A stretch of 64,000 nucleotides of DNA from an uncultured Gemmatimonadales bacterium (GTDB lineage Bacteria; Gemmatimonadota; Gemmatimonadetes; Gemmatimonadales; GWC2-71-9): NCBI GenBank assembly GCA_963771275.1, contig CAVYSW010000006.1, forward strand, positions 32,001-96,000, in the 5' to 3' direction. Below the pieces are notes generated by a model. It did not search any database and was not told the origin of the DNA. It worked only from the letters and a program-made list of their open reading frames with translations. Both the position numbers and the translations under genes were made by a program. Below are positions 19,086 through 34,043 of the stretch, piece by piece. The stretch's first letter is position 1. Every line of letters begins with the position of its first letter.

Positions 19086-21260
19086 TCAGTCGGCGGTCTC
19101 CCGGGTCACCGCGTCGCGGCGCTCCACGGCGTGGACGCCCTTCACCCGCCGCATGGCGCGCATCACTTTGGACAAATGGTCGCTGTGCTCGACCTCGACC
19201 ACGACGGAGCCGAACATCGCGCCGTCCTTGCTCGACAGCTCGGCGCTCTTGATGTTCGTCCCGGTGCCCGACACGGCCTCCATCAGGTCGGCGAACAGGC
19301 CGCGGCGGTCGTCGCCCACCACGCCGAGCGCGACGACGAACAGCTCGCCCTCGACCGACTGCCAGTCGATCTCCACCCGACGCTCGGGATCGGGCGGCAT
19401 GGTCAGCAGGTTGGGACAGTCGGCGCGGTGGATCGAGATGCCGCGCCCCTGGGTCACGTAGCCCACCACCGGGTCGCCCGGCACCGGCTGGCAGCACTGC
19501 GCGTAGCGCACCAGCAGGCCGCCGAGCCCCTGGACCCGCACGCCGCGGCGCAGGCGGAACCGGTCGAACACCCGACCGATCGCCGACGGCTTGGGGGGCT
19601 GGAGATCCTCGGCCGTCTGCTCCGGGAACAGCGCCCGGATCACCTGGCCGGTGGGCACGTCGCCCCGGCCCAACGCCTGGAACAGCCCGTCGGGCGACCC
19701 GACCGACAGCGCGTCGGCGGCGACGCTCAGTCCGTCATCGCCCGGCATTTGCAGGTGCCGGCGCTTGAGCTCGCGCTCCAGGATCTCCCGCCCCAGGGCG
19801 GCACTCGTCTCCGCCTCTTCGCGATTGATCCACTGGCGGATCTTGTGGCGCGCGCGGCCGGTGCGCACGTGGTTCAGCCAGTCGCGACTCGGCCGGGCGG
19901 CGGCCCCGGTGAGGATGTGGACCGTGTCCCCGTTCTTGAGCGGCCGGTGGAGCGGCGCGATCCGCCCGTTCACCTTGGCGCCCTGGCAGCGGGTGCCGAC
20001 CTCGGTGTGCACCGCGAACGCGAAGTCGATCGGGGTCGCGCCGGCCGGGAGGCGCTTGACGTCGCCCTTGGGTGTGAAGACGAAGATCTCGTCCTGGTAG
20101 AGGTCGATCTTGAGGAACTCGAGGAACTCCTCCGGCGAGTGCGCGTCCTGCTGCAACTCGAGCAATTGGCGGAACCAGGCGAAGTGCCGGTCCAGCTCGT
20201 CGGCGCGGCGCCCCTCCTTGTACACCCAGTGCGCCGCGATGCCGTACTCCGCCGTGCGGTGCATCTCGCGGGTGCGGATCTGGATCTCGTAGAGCTGGCC
20301 GCCCGGGCCGAAGATCGTGGTGTGCAGCGACTGGTAGCCGTTCGATTTCGGCGAGGCGATGTAGTCCTTGATCCGCTCCTGCAGCGGGGTCCACTGATGG
20401 TGGATGATGCCCAGCGCGTGGTAGCAGTCCCGGACGGTCTCGACCAGCACCCGGATCGCCATCAGGTCGTAGATCTCGTCCAGCGTCGCATCCTGGCGCT
20501 TCAGCTTCTTGAAGATCGACCACAGGTGCTTCGGCCGCCCGCTTACCTCGAAGCTGGTCAGGCCGGCGCGGCGAAACTCCTCCTCCAGCGGCACCCGCAG
20601 CCGCTCGATCATCGCCTCGCGATCGGCCTGGCTGGCCCGCAGGCTGGTGGACAGCTGCGTGTAGTCGTCCGGCTCGAGAAACTTGAACGCCAGGTCTTCC
20701 AGCTCCGCCCGGAGGCTGGCCATCCCGAAGCGGTGCGCCAGGGCCGCGTAGATTTCCCGCGTCTCCAGCGCGATGCGGTGCTGCGCGTCGCCCGGCTGGT
20801 GCTCCAGGGTGCGCATGTTGTGGAGCCGGTCGGCGAGCTTGACGATGATCACGCGGGCGTCCCGCGCGATCGACAGCAGCAGCTTGCGGTAATTCTCGAC
20901 CTGCTCTTCGGTGCTCGAGCGGAACGTGAGGCTGGAGAGCTTCGTGAGACCGCCCACGATCTCGCCGACCTCGTCGCCGAACACCTCGCGGATCTCGCCG
21001 ACCGTCACGTCGGCGTCTTCCACGACGTCGTGCAGCAGCGCCGCAACGATCGTGGTGGTGTCCATCTGCAGCTCGACCAGGATCCGCGCGACCGCCACGA
21101 CGTGGGAGACGAAATCCTCGCCCGAGAGCCGCTTCTGCCCACGGTGCGCGTGCGCGCTGAACTCGAACGCGTGCCGGATGGCCTCGACGTCCAGCCGGTC
21201 CCGGCGTTCGCGCAGCGCCTCGGCAAAGGCGCCCTCCCACCCCATCGCGACCGACGTCAC
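19086..21260 (-). CDS. rel: Bifunctional (p)ppGpp synthetase/hydrolase (Rel)
   Basis: [41 protein letters not shown] and ACT domains; start at GTGA overlap with the radC stop. Confidence 0.95.
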   Translation of the reverse strand: MTSVAMGWEGAFAEALRERRDRLDVEAIRHAFEFSAHAHRGQKRLSGEDFVSHVVAVARILVELQMDTTTIVAALLHDVVEDADVTVGEIREVFGDEVGEIVGGLTKLSSLTFRSSTEEQVENYRKLLLSIARDARVIIVKLADRLHNMRTLEHQPGDAQHRIALETREIYAALAHRFGMASLRAELEDLAFKFLEPDDYTQLSTSLRASQADREAMIERLRVPLEEEFRRAGLTSFEVSGRPKHLWSIFKKLKRQDATLDEIYDLMAIRVLVETVRDCYHALGIIHHQWTPLQERIKDYIASPKSNGYQSLHTTIFGPGGQLYEIQIRTREMHRTAEYGIAAHWVYKEGRRADELDRHFAWFRQLLELQQDAHSPEEFLEFLKIDLYQDEIFVFTPKGDVKRLPAGATPIDFAFAVHTEVGTRCQGAKVNGRIAPLHRPLKNGDTVHILTGAAARPSRDWLNHVRTGRARHKIRQWINREEAETSAALGREILERELKRRHLQMPGDDGLSVAADALSVGSPDGLFQALGRGDVPTGQVIRALFPEQTAEDLQPPKPSAIGRVFDRFRLRRGVRVQGLGGLLVRYAQCCQPVPGDPVVGYVTQGRGISIHRADCPNLLTMPPDPERRVEIDWQSVEGELFVVALGVVGDDRRGLFADLMEAVSGTGTNIKSAELSSKDGAMFGSVVVEVEHSDHLSKVMRAMRRVKGVHAVERRDAVTRETAD

Positions 21261-21943
21261 AGCAGGCCCGCTTCGGCAAAGCTGAAGTAGCGATCGCCAC
21301 CGACGATCACGTGGTCGTACACCGGGATGTCCAAGAGCCTTCCCGCCTCCACCAGTTGCCGGGTCACGGCCCGGTCGTCCGCCGAGGGCGCCGGGTTCCC
21401 GCTCGGGTGATTGTGCAGCACCACGATGCCCGCGGCCGCTTCGGCGATGGCCGCGCGGAACACCTCCCGGGGATGGACGAGCGAGCTGTCCAGGATGCCA
21501 CGGGTGATGAGCAGCTCCCGCACGACGCGATGCTGCGTGTCGAGCGCCAGGAGCCGGAACTCCTCGACGGCAAGGTCCCGCAGCGCCGGCCCACACAGGC
21601 GGTGCACGTCCGCCGGGCAGCGGATCGCGCGCTCGTCCGCCCCCTGCTCCGCGGCCACCCGGCGTGCCAGCTCCAGGGCCGCCGCGACCCGGGCCGCCTT
21701 CGCCGCCCCCACGCCGCTCACCCCCGCCACCACTCCGGCCGGCCGTCGCGCCAGCGCCCGCAGCGACCCGCCCGCCGAGGCCAGCACCTCCGCGGCAAGC
21801 GCCACCGCATCCCGCTCAGGAGTGCCGGTCCCTAGGAGAATGGCGAGGAGCTCAACGGCCGTCAACGCGCCCGGCCCGAGCGAGCGCAGGCGCTCGCGCG
21901 GGCGGTCCGCCGGCAGGCTGTCCGAGAGGCGGTGCGGGGCCAC
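21257..21943 (-). CDS. radC: RadC family JAB-domain protein (start uncertain)
   Basis: RPRERL, ELLAILLGTG, VHPREVF, HNHPSGNPAPS, DHVIVG. Confidence 0.9.
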   Translation of the reverse strand: MAPHRLSDSLPADRPRERLRSLGPGALTAVELLAILLGTGTPERDAVALAAEVLASAGGSLRALARRPAGVVAGVSGVGAAKAARVAAALELARRVAAEQGADERAIRCPADVHRLCGPALRDLAVEEFRLLALDTQHRVVRELLITRGILDSSLVHPREVFRAAIAEAAAGIVVLHNHPSGNPAPSADDRAVTRQLVEAGRLLDIPVYDHVIVGGDRYFSFAEAGLL

Positions 21944-22040
21944 GCCGGGAGGATGCTGGGGGCGATTGGTCTGGACATAGGCAAAACAACGCGGGACGTC
22001 GTGCGGGCCGCGGGGCGTAACTCGAGGTTCGCGGTCTGGG

Positions 22041-25327
<3,287 letters not shown>

Positions 25328-25328
<1 letters not shown>

Positions 25329-25903
25329 CAGTCTCCTTCAGCGTACAAACGCCGCTCGGCGATGTAGCGGGCGACCGCGTCCGGGACGAGGTAGCGCACG
25401 CTCTCGCCCCGGCGGCAGCGCGCGCGCACGTCCGTCGCCGCAATGTCGATCCCCGGCACTTCCAGCGTCTGGGCGATCAGCGGATGGGTCGGCGCCCGCG
25501 CCCCGGGCCGTGTGAGCACCACCACCCGCGCGAGCGACGGGATCGCCGCCGCGTCATGCCAAGTGGGCAGGTCTTCCGCCGCGTCCGCACCGACCAGCAG
25601 GCAGAGCTCGGCGTCCGGGTGGGCGGCCCGCAGCTCGCGCAGCGTGTCGACCGTGTAGGACGGCCCCGGCCGCCGGATCTCCCGATCGTCGACCGCGAGG
25701 CGGGCATCGCCCTCGACGGCCAGCCGCAGCATCGCCAGCCGGTCCGCCGCCGGGGCGGCGTGCGCGTCCCGCTTGAACGGCTGCCGGCCCGCCGGCACCA
25801 ACCGGACCTGATCCAACCCCAGCCGGGTGGCGGCCTCCTGTGCCGCGATCAGGTGTCCCATGTGCACCGGATCGAACGAGCCGCCGAACACGCCGATACG
25901 CAC
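25328..25903 (-). CDS. nadD: Nicotinate-nucleotide adenylyltransferase
   Basis: [23 protein letters not shown]. Confidence 0.93.
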
Positions 25904-25906
25904 CGG

Positions 25907-26641
25907 TCAGGGAGCGGCGGGCGCCGGGCAGACGCGATCGAGCCCGTCGGCGTCGGGATAGTACTGCCGCAGGTGCGCGCAGGTTTCCGTCACTTCGTCG
26001 TCGTAGCCGATCTTGCGATAGGTCTGGACGAGCCGCATCAGCGCGGGCGCCGCGTGCTTCGACTGCGGGTAGGTGGCCACGACCCAGCGGTAGTAGATCA
26101 TTGCCGAGTCGTACGCCTTGATGCGGTAGTAGAAGTCGCCGTTCTTCAGGTCCTTTTCGGCAAACCAGTCCGTCAGGACCTGGCTCCTCTGGCGGATCTG
26201 GGCCGCGACGGGCGCGTTGGGATACCGGGCGAGCGCTTCGCCGTACACCGCCTGGGCCTGCTCGCCGTAGGTGGGGTCCAGCGCCGGGCGCTTCCACAGC
26301 TTGGCCAGCGCATCGCCTGCCCGCATCAGGGCGGTCGGCGCCAGCTCGTGATTGGGGAAGTCGTCGGCCACCCGCCGGAATTCCTGCGAGGCCTGAAGGT
26401 AGTCACCCTCTTTGAACCGGCACTCGCCCAACATGGAGCGCGCTTCCGCGATGTGCGGGTCCCGGGCGGGGAACTCGAACATGACGCGCGTGAACCCGAT
26501 GGTCGCGGCGCCGCAGTTGCCACGATCGTAGGCCGCCTTCGCGGCATCGAACAGCGCGACCGGCGTCGGGTACGCCTCCGGCTTGAAGCCGTGTCCGCAG
26601 CCCACGGCGCCGACGAGCAGCACCACCACGCTGGATCGCAC
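25907..26641 (-). CDS. bamD: Outer membrane protein assembly factor BamD
   Basis: Lipobox AVGC, TPR helices, FYYRIKAYDSAMIYY..YP. Confidence 0.78.
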   Translation of the reverse strand: MRSSVVVLLVGAVGCGHGFKPEAYPTPVALFDAAKAAYDRGNCGAATIGFTRVMFEFPARDPHIAEARSMLGECRFKEGDYLQASQEFRRVADDFPNHELAPTALMRAGDALAKLWKRPALDPTYGEQAQAVYGEALARYPNAPVAAQIRQRSQVLTDWFAEKDLKNGDFYYRIKAYDSAMIYYRWVVATYPQSKHAAPALMRLVQTYRKIGYDDEVTETCAHLRQYYPDADGLDRVCPAPAAP

Positions 26642-26656
26642 GAGTCTAGAACACCC

Positions 26657-27565
26657 TCATGGAAGTGCGGTTCCCGCGCTGCCGATGCGATTGAGTCGCT
26701 GGCGCGCCAGATCCGCAATGGAGTCACCCGGCGCGGCACCGGCCAACGCGCGCTGATACGCTTCCGCCGCCGCCGTCAGATCGCCCCGGGCATACATCAC
26801 GTCGCCGAGCCCGACGTACGCGGCGCGTCCCGCTGGCGTGTCGTCGGCCTGCGAGACCGCGCGGCGAAACCACTGCTCGGCCTCGTCCGAGCGGTCGCCG
26901 TCGAGCGCGCCGCGCCCGAGCCGCAGGGCGCAGGTGGCGGCCCCCGCGGCCGCCGCGGCGACGAGCGCGGTGGCACGCTGGCGGCGGGCCACCCCCTCGA
27001 ACACGGCCACCGCCTGCTGACAGCGTCCGATCCGCCTCAGGGCATCGGCGTAGGCGTACATCAACGAATCCTGCGCGCGCGCGTCCGACGCCCCCGCGGC
27101 CGCGTACGGCAGGACGGGGACCGCGTCGGCGGGGTGCCCGGCATCGGCGGCCATGGTGGCGAGTTGCGCGCCGAGGCCGCCCGCCATGCGATCGCTCGCC
27201 AGCTCCCGGATGCCGGCGAGCGCCGCCCGGAGCGCCGGGCGATCCCCCGACTGGCTCGCGGCAAGGGCGACCCGCTCGAGGCCATCCGCCGCCTCGCCCG
27301 CACGTCCCCCATCCGCACGAGCCAGCGCGAGATATTCCTCCGCGGCGGCGCGCAGGTCTCCCACGTGAAGCGCTGCCGCTCCCGCCTTGGCGCGCAGTCG
27401 AGCGTTCGGCGTCTGCGCCTGGAGCACCGCCAGACGATACTCCGTGAGGGCGTCCCCCCACGCGTCCGCCACGTAGGCGCGGTCGCCCAGCTTCTCGTGG
27501 TCCGCGGCCCGCCCGGTGCACGCCACCACGAGCAGGCCGGCCGCAGCCCAGCGGCGGCGGTTCAC
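26657..27565 (-). CDS. TPR-repeat lipoprotein
   Basis: VNRRRWAAAGLLVVA-C lipobox, Ala-rich TPR helices; GTGA overlap with the upstream gene. Confidence 0.7.
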   Translation of the reverse strand: MNRRRWAAAGLLVVACTGRAADHEKLGDRAYVADAWGDALTEYRLAVLQAQTPNARLRAKAGAAALHVGDLRAAAEEYLALARADGGRAGEAADGLERVALAASQSGDRPALRAALAGIRELASDRMAGGLGAQLATMAADAGHPADAVPVLPYAAAGASDARAQDSLMYAYADALRRIGRCQQAVAVFEGVARRQRATALVAAAAAGAATCALRLGRGALDGDRSDEAEQWFRRAVSQADDTPAGRAAYVGLGDVMYARGDLTAAAEAYQRALAGAAPGDSIADLARQRLNRIGSAGTALP

Positions 27566-28278
27566 GCTTCGTCCGCCTCGCCGCGGTCCAGCAGCGACAG
27601 GTAGACCTGGCCCCGTGGGTCGCCGGGATGCTCGTCCCGCATCGCGGTCCACACGCGCCGCGCCGAGCCGGCGTCGCCCGAGAGGTAGCACGCGAGTCCC
27701 AGGGCAGCCTTCCCTTCGACGGACCGCGGCCGTGCCTGGACGACCTCCTCCAAGACCTCGCGCGCCTCGAGGCTCCGACCGGCCTCGAGCAGCAGCTTCC
27801 CCAGGCGCAGCCGCAGGTCCTGGAACGAAGGCCCAAGCGTCAGGGCCGTGCGGAACTGGGCTATCGCCTCGTCCACGCTCCCCGCCTCGGCGTACGCCTC
27901 GCCCAGGATCGCGTGGTGGTTGGCGAGCTTGCCCGCGTGGTGCGCCGCGATGCCGTTCCGGCCGTGCACCGTCATGTGCCGCGCCTGGGCGAACGCCGCC
28001 TCCGCCTCCTCGACGCGGCCCAGCTCGCCGAGGATCACGCCGCGGTGCACCAGCGCCTCGACATAGCGGGGATTGATGCGCAGCGCCTCCTCCAGGAGCT
28101 CCAAGCCTCGATCGGACTGGCCGGCCAGATGGTAGCAGAGGCCGAGCAGGTGGTGGGCGTCGGCGAAGGCGCGTCCCCGGTCGGTCAACTCCTCGAGCAG
28201 GTGGATCGCACCGAAGAAGTCGTTGAGCGCGAAGCGCTCCTTGGCACGCTCAAGCAGCTGTTGAGGACTGACGTCCAT
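27562..28278 (-). CDS. TPR-repeat protein
   Basis: ADAHHLLG...ALRINPRYVEA..., LGEAYAEAG..EAIAQFRTAL. Confidence 0.8.
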   Translation of the reverse strand: MDVSPQQLLERAKERFALNDFFGAIHLLEELTDRGRAFADAHHLLGLCYHLAGQSDRGLELLEEALRINPRYVEALVHRGVILGELGRVEEAEAAFAQARHMTVHGRNGIAAHHAGKLANHHAILGEAYAEAGSVDEAIAQFRTALTLGPSFQDLRLRLGKLLLEAGRSLEAREVLEEVVQARPRSVEGKAALGLACYLSGDAGSARRVWTAMRDEHPGDPRGQVYLSLLDRGEADEA

Positions 28279-29241
28279 ACGTCTCCCCGAACCAGGTCAC
28301 GAACGCCGCAATGCCGGCGTCCAACTCCACCTGCGGCGCATAGCCGAGGACGGTCCGCGCCTTATTGGTGTCGGCCCACGTGCCGGGCAGGTCGCCCGGA
28401 TGCGCCGGCCCCAGCTCGATCCGCGGCGTGCCGGCCCATGGCTGCCCCGCATCAACGCAATCAGGGAATCTAAGCCGGACCGGCGGGCCAGTACCGAGGT
28501 TGAAGACCTCACAGGCTGGGTCCACGCTTATTGGTCCAGTTCAGGGCGGCCAGCATGCCTCGCACGATATCGTCGCACGTGGGTGTAGTCCCGCTGGCGG
28601 AGCCGTCGCCGAACCGGGGGATCGACTCGTCCTGGCGCCATCCGCCGGGCGAAACGGTGGAGCGCCAAGATCGGGTCGTTGCCGTGGTCCGTACACGGAA
28701 GAACGAGCCGCACGATCGCGCATCCCCACGCCGGTCCGCGTACTCTCACACAGCAACTTCGCCTTCCCGTTTGGTGACGGCGTACGGAGAGAGCGGGTGC
28801 CGGCGGGACATCCTCTCGGAATGGCACCAGGGTATCATCGCCGTACACCGAAGAAGAGGAGCCAAACACAAAGCGGCGGATGCCCGCTTTCCGACAGGCG
28901 TCGAGCACTGAGACAGTGCCGTCCACATTGATCGACACGTAGGCACCGGGCTGCGCGATGCTCGGGCGGACGCCGGCTCGGGCCGCCAGGTGCATGACGA
29001 CATCGACGTCGGACGCCAAGCGGCCTAGAAGCTCACCGTCCCGAACATCACCTTCGACCAGCGAAAACCCGGGCTGCTCTCGGAGGGTGGCGATTCCCGA
29101 TTCCTTCAGCGCACGATCGTAGAACGGGTCGAAATTGTCGAGCGCCACCACCGACCACCCCTGGTTCAACAGGGCGCTGGAGGTATGAGACCCGATGAAC
29201 CCGGCGCCTCCGGTCACGAGAACTCGGCCGGCAAACGTCAC
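28250..29241 (-). pseudogene. NAD-dependent epimerase (UDP-glucuronate epimerase-like), multiply frameshifted
   Basis: Motifs are split across frames: GGAGFIGSH/HLAARAGVRPS/GSSSSVYG (28528 ORF), PLSPYAVTK (28746 ORF), VYGPRQRPDL (28541 ORF), VFNLG...PGDLPGTWAD (28250 ORF). Could be a sequencing artefact. Confidence 0.75.
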
Positions 29242-30547
29242 GTGCGTTCACCCCGACCGAGCCCGACGTATCGGAAACCCAGTGCCGCATGCTCGCCGGG
29301 TCGTAGAGGTTGCGTCCATCCACGATGGGCTCCCTCAGTCGGGACCGGATCTCGTCGAAGTCGGGGTTCCGGAATGCCAGCCACTCGGTCACGATGACCA
29401 GAGCGTCCGCACCGACGAGCGCGTCATACGGATCTGCGGCGAAGACGACCCGCTCCCCGAAGATTCGTCGGGCCGCCTGCATCGCCTGGGGGTCGTAACG
29501 CGCTGACCCGCGCACCTGCTGCAAGCAGTGCTTCCACAAGGTCTATCGAGGGGCTTTCCCGCATGTCATCCGTTTCCGCCTTGAAGGCGAGACCCCACAC
29601 CGCCACTTGCCGTCCGGCGAGATGCCGCCCCCAGCGCCGTTCGCAGTTCGTCGGTACATTCGCAGCTTCTGACGTTCGTTCACGGCTTCGACGGCTTTCA
29701 ACAGCTCGAACGCGACCCCATGCTGGTCCGCGGAATGCACGAGCGCCTTGACGTCTTTCGGGAAGCACGAGCCGCCATAGCCGGGACCCGGGAACAGGAA
29801 GGCGGAGCCGATTCGGGGGTCCGTGCCAATCCCCTTGCGCACGAGAGACACGTCCGCGTTGACCGCCTCACAGAGCTCCGCAATCTGGTTCATGAACGAA
29901 ATCCGCGTGGCGAGCATAGCGTTCGCCGCGTACTTCGTCATCTCCGCCGAGGCAATATCCATGAACACCAGTGGGTTCCCGGTCCGCACGAACGGCGCAT
30001 AGAGCTCCTCGAGGACCGTCTGCGCCTCGGGTGCGTCCACGCCGACAACGATCCGGTCCGGCTTCATGAAGTCGTCGACAGCGGCGCCTTCCTTCAGGAA
30101 CTCCGGGTTCGAGCAAACGTAGAACCGCTGCTTCGTACGTGCCGCAATGGTCTCCCGCACTTTCGCCGCCGTCCCCACCGGTACCGTGCTCTTCGTGATC
30201 ACGACCTTGGGACGGTCGAGGTGTTCACCGATCGTCTCGGCGACCGACAGGACATGCTGCAGGTCAGCAGACCCATCCTCGTCGGGCGGCGTCCCGACGG
30301 CGATGAACACGACCTCCGACGCCTCAATGGCCGCTCCGAGATTGGTCGTGAAGCTGAGACGCCGGGTCGCCTCGTTTCGCTTGACCAGCGGCTCCAGGCC
30401 CGGCTCGTAGATCGGGATCCGTCCGGCCTTGAGCGCGGAGATCTTGGACGCGTCAATGTCCGCGCACACCACTTCGTTCCCCGTCTCCGCGAGGCAGGCC
30501 CCAACCACCAGACCCACATATCCGGTTCCAATGACGGCGACTTTCAT
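29238..30547 (-). pseudogene. ugd: UDP-glucose 6-dehydrogenase, frameshifted in its C-terminal third
   Basis: [32 protein letters not shown] in one frame; [16 protein letters not shown] and VTEW..DGRNLY in others; about 3 shifts. Could be an artefact. Confidence 0.8.
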
Positions 30548-31830
30548 GCGTGCGTCCTCAACGCGTTCCGCGTATCCACCACGCACGGCGCCGCGCGACG
30601 AATCATGCCGTAGTCCAGCTGCGAGTGGTCCGTCACGATCACCACGCAGTCGCTCGACCGAACCAGCTGCTCGGTGAGCGGGACGGACTGGAGCTGCTCG
30701 CCGTCCTCGTCCACCTTCGCGATGTAGGGATCGTGGTACGACACGAGGGCTCCCTGCTGGTGCAGCAAACGCAGCACGTCCAGCGCCGGACTCTCGCGGA
30801 TGTCGTCGATGTCCTTCTTGTACGCGACGCCGATCACGAGGATCCTGGACCCGCGCACCGCCTTGCCGTGATCGTTGAGCCGGTCCGCCACCTTCCGCAC
30901 CCAGAAGATCGGCATCTCGGAGTTCACCTCGCCTGCCACCTCGATGAACCGCGTCTTGTAGTTGAGCCCGCGCATCTTCCAGGCGAGGTAGTGCGGATCG
31001 ATCGGAATGCAGTGCCCGCCGAGCCCCGGCCCCGGCGTGAAACGCATGAACCCGAACGGCTTGCTCGCCGCCGCGTCGATCACCTCCCACACGTCCACCC
31101 CGAGCTTGTCGCACACGATCGCCATCTCGTTCGCCAGCCCGATGTTGACGCTGCGGAACGTATTCTCCAGCAGCTTCACGAGCTCTGCCGCTTCGGGAGA
31201 CGACACGGACACGAGGCGCTCGAACGCGGGGCCGTAGATCGCCTCGACCACGCGGTTGCACGCATCGGTGACGCCCCCGAACACCTTTGGCGTGTTGTGG
31301 GTCTGCCAGGTCGGGTTGCCGGGATCGACCCGCTCCGGGCTGAACGCGAGAAACACATCCACGCCGACCTTCAGGCCGCCCGCCTCGATCCTCGGCATGA
31401 GCAGCTCCCGCGTCGTCCCAGGATAGGTCGTGCTCTCGAGTACGACGACCTGGCCTGCCCGGATCGTCCGCCCCACCGCATCGGCGGACGCGAGCACGAA
31501 GGAAACGTCGGGGTCCTTGGTCTTCGACAGCGGCGTCGGCACGCAGATCGAGACGAGATCCACCTCGCCCAGCCGCCCCAGATCGCTGGTCGCCTCGATG
31601 CGCCGATCCCTGACGAACTTCGCGAGCCGTTCACTCGGCACGTCCTGAATGTGGGATCGGCCCGCGTTGATCGCGTCCACGACCCCCTGCTTGACGTCGA
31701 ACCCGACCACCCGGTACCCTGCCGTCGCGAACTCGACCGCGAGCGGGAGCCCCACGTAGCCCAGCCCCACGACGCCAAGCACGGCCGAGCGGTCGGCCGC
31801 CTTCCGGATCAACACCTGCTCCATGGTCAT
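30544..31830 (-). CDS. UDP-GlcNAc 6-dehydrogenase (WbpA-like)
   Basis: [39 protein letters not shown]. Confidence 0.9.
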   Translation of the reverse strand: MTMEQVLIRKAADRSAVLGVVGLGYVGLPLAVEFATAGYRVVGFDVKQGVVDAINAGRSHIQDVPSERLAKFVRDRRIEATSDLGRLGEVDLVSICVPTPLSKTKDPDVSFVLASADAVGRTIRAGQVVVLESTTYPGTTRELLMPRIEAGGLKVGVDVFLAFSPERVDPGNPTWQTHNTPKVFGGVTDACNRVVEAIYGPAFERLVSVSSPEAAELVKLLENTFRSVNIGLANEMAIVCDKLGVDVWEVIDAAASKPFGFMRFTPGPGLGGHCIPIDPHYLAWKMRGLNYKTRFIEVAGEVNSEMPIFWVRKVADRLNDHGKAVRGSRILVIGVAYKKDIDDIRESPALDVLRLLHQQGALVSYHDPYIAKVDEDGEQLQSVPLTEQLVRSSDCVVIVTDHSQLDYGMIRRAAPCVVDTRNALRTHA

Positions 31831-31858
31831 TGCGCGTCCATCAGTGAGCGTTGTTGCC

Positions 31859-32881
31859 CTAGGTGCCGGGTCCGGCGTCGAGCGGTAGGGCCCGTCCGTC
31901 CCCACACAGGGACACGGACGCCAGCTCGAGAATGCGCACCACATCCACCCCGTCCGCGGCGGTGACCCGTGGCGGTTCCTGTCCCCGCGCGGCGGCCACG
32001 AAGTGCTTCAGCTCCGCCGTCAGCGGCTCGACGTTCGGCACGCGCGGGATGAAGATGTCGCCCTCGCGCACCGCCAGGCTCTCCCCGAACGACCGGTACT
32101 CCGGTGGCCGGTCCACGCCCTTGTCGAAGATCTTGAGCTTCTCGCGAGGCTGCATGTCGTCGAAGACGACCATGCGCTTCGAGCCCACCACCGTCAGCCG
32201 GCGCTCCTTGTGCGGGTCGAGCCACGACATCTGCACGTGCGCCATGGCGCCGCTCGGGAACTCCATCGTGAGGAACACGACGTCCTCGATACCGGGCTGG
32301 AGGTAGCTCCGACCGCGCGCGGCCACGGCCACCGGCCGCTCCTGCAGCAGGTACAGCGCGACCGAAATGTCGTGCGGCCCGAAGCTCCACAGCGCGTTTT
32401 CGTCCGGCCGCACCTGGCCGAGGTTGACCCGCTGACTGTAGAGGTAGAACGGCGCACCCAGCTCGCCGCCGGCCAGCATCTCGCGCAGCCGGACCACGGC
32501 GGGGTGGAACAGCAGCAAGTGTCCGGCCACGACCGGCACGCCACGCCGCGCCGCGAGGTCGGCCACCCGCTCGGCGTCCTTGGTCGACAGGGCGAACGGC
32601 TTCTCCACCAGCACGGGGAGACCCCGCTCGATCGCCGCGGTCGCCAGCGCCGCGTGACTCGCCGCCGAACTCGCAACGACGACCGCTTCGGCCGCCTCCA
32701 GCGCTTGGTCGAGCGAGGCCGTCGCCAGCACGCCCGGATATTGCCGCCGCACCGCGTCGAGCTTCTTCTCGTCGAGATCACACACCGCCGCGAGCGTCGC
32801 GTCGCTCAGCCCCGCGACCGTGCGCACGTGGTTGCGGCCCCACGCTCCCGCCCCGACAACCGCGATCTTGAGGCGGGTCAT
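31859..32881 (-). CDS. Gfo/Idh/MocA oxidoreductase (WbpB/WlbA-like)
   Basis: VVGAGAWG, VLVEKP, PHDIS; lies between the aminotransferase and the dehydrogenase. Confidence 0.82.
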   Translation of the reverse strand: MTRLKIAVVGAGAWGRNHVRTVAGLSDATLAAVCDLDEKKLDAVRRQYPGVLATASLDQALEAAEAVVVASSAASHAALATAAIERGLPVLVEKPFALSTKDAERVADLAARRGVPVVAGHLLLFHPAVVRLREMLAGGELGAPFYLYSQRVNLGQVRPDENALWSFGPHDISVALYLLQERPVAVAARGRSYLQPGIEDVVFLTMEFPSGAMAHVQMSWLDPHKERRLTVVGSKRMVVFDDMQPREKLKIFDKGVDRPPEYRSFGESLAVREGDIFIPRVPNVEPLTAELKHFVAAARGQEPPRVTAADGVDVVRILELASVSLCGDGRALPLDAGPGT

Positions 32882-33990
32882 CGCACGAACTCCCGGATCG
32901 CGCCGACCACGGCCTCGCGTTGCTCGCCGGTGAGCTCGGGATAGACAGGGAGCGAAACCACCTCGCGCGCGGCACGCTCCGCCAGGGGGAACTGCCCTGC
33001 GCGATAGCCGAGCGCCGCAAAGCACGGCTGCAGGTGCAGCGGCTTGGGGTAGTAGACCGCGCATCCAATGCCGCGCTGCTTGAGCCAGGCCACGAGCTCG
33101 TCTCGGCGATCGCTCCGGATCGTGTATTGGTGGAAAATGTGCTCGTTGGCGGCGTCGGTCACGGGCGGCGTAATGCCGCGGAGGCCGGCCAGCGCCTCAT
33201 TGTAGAAGCTCGCGTGGGCACGGCGCCGGGCGCTCCAGTCAGCGAGGTGGGGGAGCTTGGCCTTGAGGACGACCGCCTGTAGCGTATCGAGCCGGCTGTT
33301 GGTCCCGATCTCCTCGTGGAAGTACTGCTTGGCCCCGCCGTGGACCCGCAGCTTGCGCAACCGCTCGCCCAGCGCGGCGTCCTGCGTCACCATCATCCCC
33401 CCGTCACCCCAGGCGCCGAGGTTCTTGCTCGGGAAGAACGAGAACGCGCCCACGGTGCCCAGCTCGCCCGCGACGCGCCATGCGCCATCGATCCGGCGCC
33501 GCGCGCCGATGGCCTGCGCCCCGTCCTCCACGACGGCAAGGCCGTGACGCTGGGCGAGCGGCAGCAGCCGCTCCAGCGGCGCCATCTGGCCGTAGAGATG
33601 CACCGGCACGATGGCGCGCGTGCGCGGCGTGATCGCGGCCTCGACCTGGACGGGGTCGAGATTGAACGTCGCGGGATCGATGTCCACGAACACCGGGCGG
33701 CCGCCCGCGTTCGCGATCGCCCCTGCCGTCGCGAAGAACGTAAACGGCGACGTGATCACCTCGTCGCCCGGCGCGAGCAGCGCCTTGAGGGGGATCAGGA
33801 GCGCATCGGTCCCGGATGCGCACGCGATCGCCTCGCGCGTCGCGCACAGCGCAGCCACCGCAGCCTCCAGCTCGCCGACCGCGGGTCCCATGATGAACTG
33901 CTGGGATTCGATCGCGGCCGTGAGGGCGGGCATCACCTCGTCGCGGATCGCCCGGAACTGCGCTTTCAAGTCGAGCAGCGGCACTGGCAT
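32878..33990 (-). CDS. DegT/DnrJ PLP aminotransferase (WbpE-like)
   Basis: SGTDAL, VHLYGQ, EDGAQAIG, SFFPSKNLGAWGDGG, NSRLDTLQA. Confidence 0.92.
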   Translation of the reverse strand: MPVPLLDLKAQFRAIRDEVMPALTAAIESQQFIMGPAVGELEAAVAALCATREAIACASGTDALLIPLKALLAPGDEVITSPFTFFATAGAIANAGGRPVFVDIDPATFNLDPVQVEAAITPRTRAIVPVHLYGQMAPLERLLPLAQRHGLAVVEDGAQAIGARRRIDGAWRVAGELGTVGAFSFFPSKNLGAWGDGGMMVTQDAALGERLRKLRVHGGAKQYFHEEIGTNSRLDTLQAVVLKAKLPHLADWSARRRAHASFYNEALAGLRGITPPVTDAANEHIFHQYTIRSDRRDELVAWLKQRGIGCAVYYPKPLHLQPCFAALGYRAGQFPLAERAAREVVSLPVYPELTGEQREAVVGAIREFVR

Positions 33991-34043
33991 CGTCAGTCCA
34001 AGTCCAAGCAGGGGTGAAGCTTACCCAACCTCGCAGGCACCGG

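Noticed and set aside
21257..21943. radC as a marker of a mobile element
   Set aside because: It is the full-length chromosomal type, between secA and rel, with no mobility genes nearby.
29543..31261. 572-aa ORF suggesting an N-terminally extended Ugd
   Set aside because: The extension is an off-frame overlap with the wbpA-like gene; the real start is the ATG at 30547.
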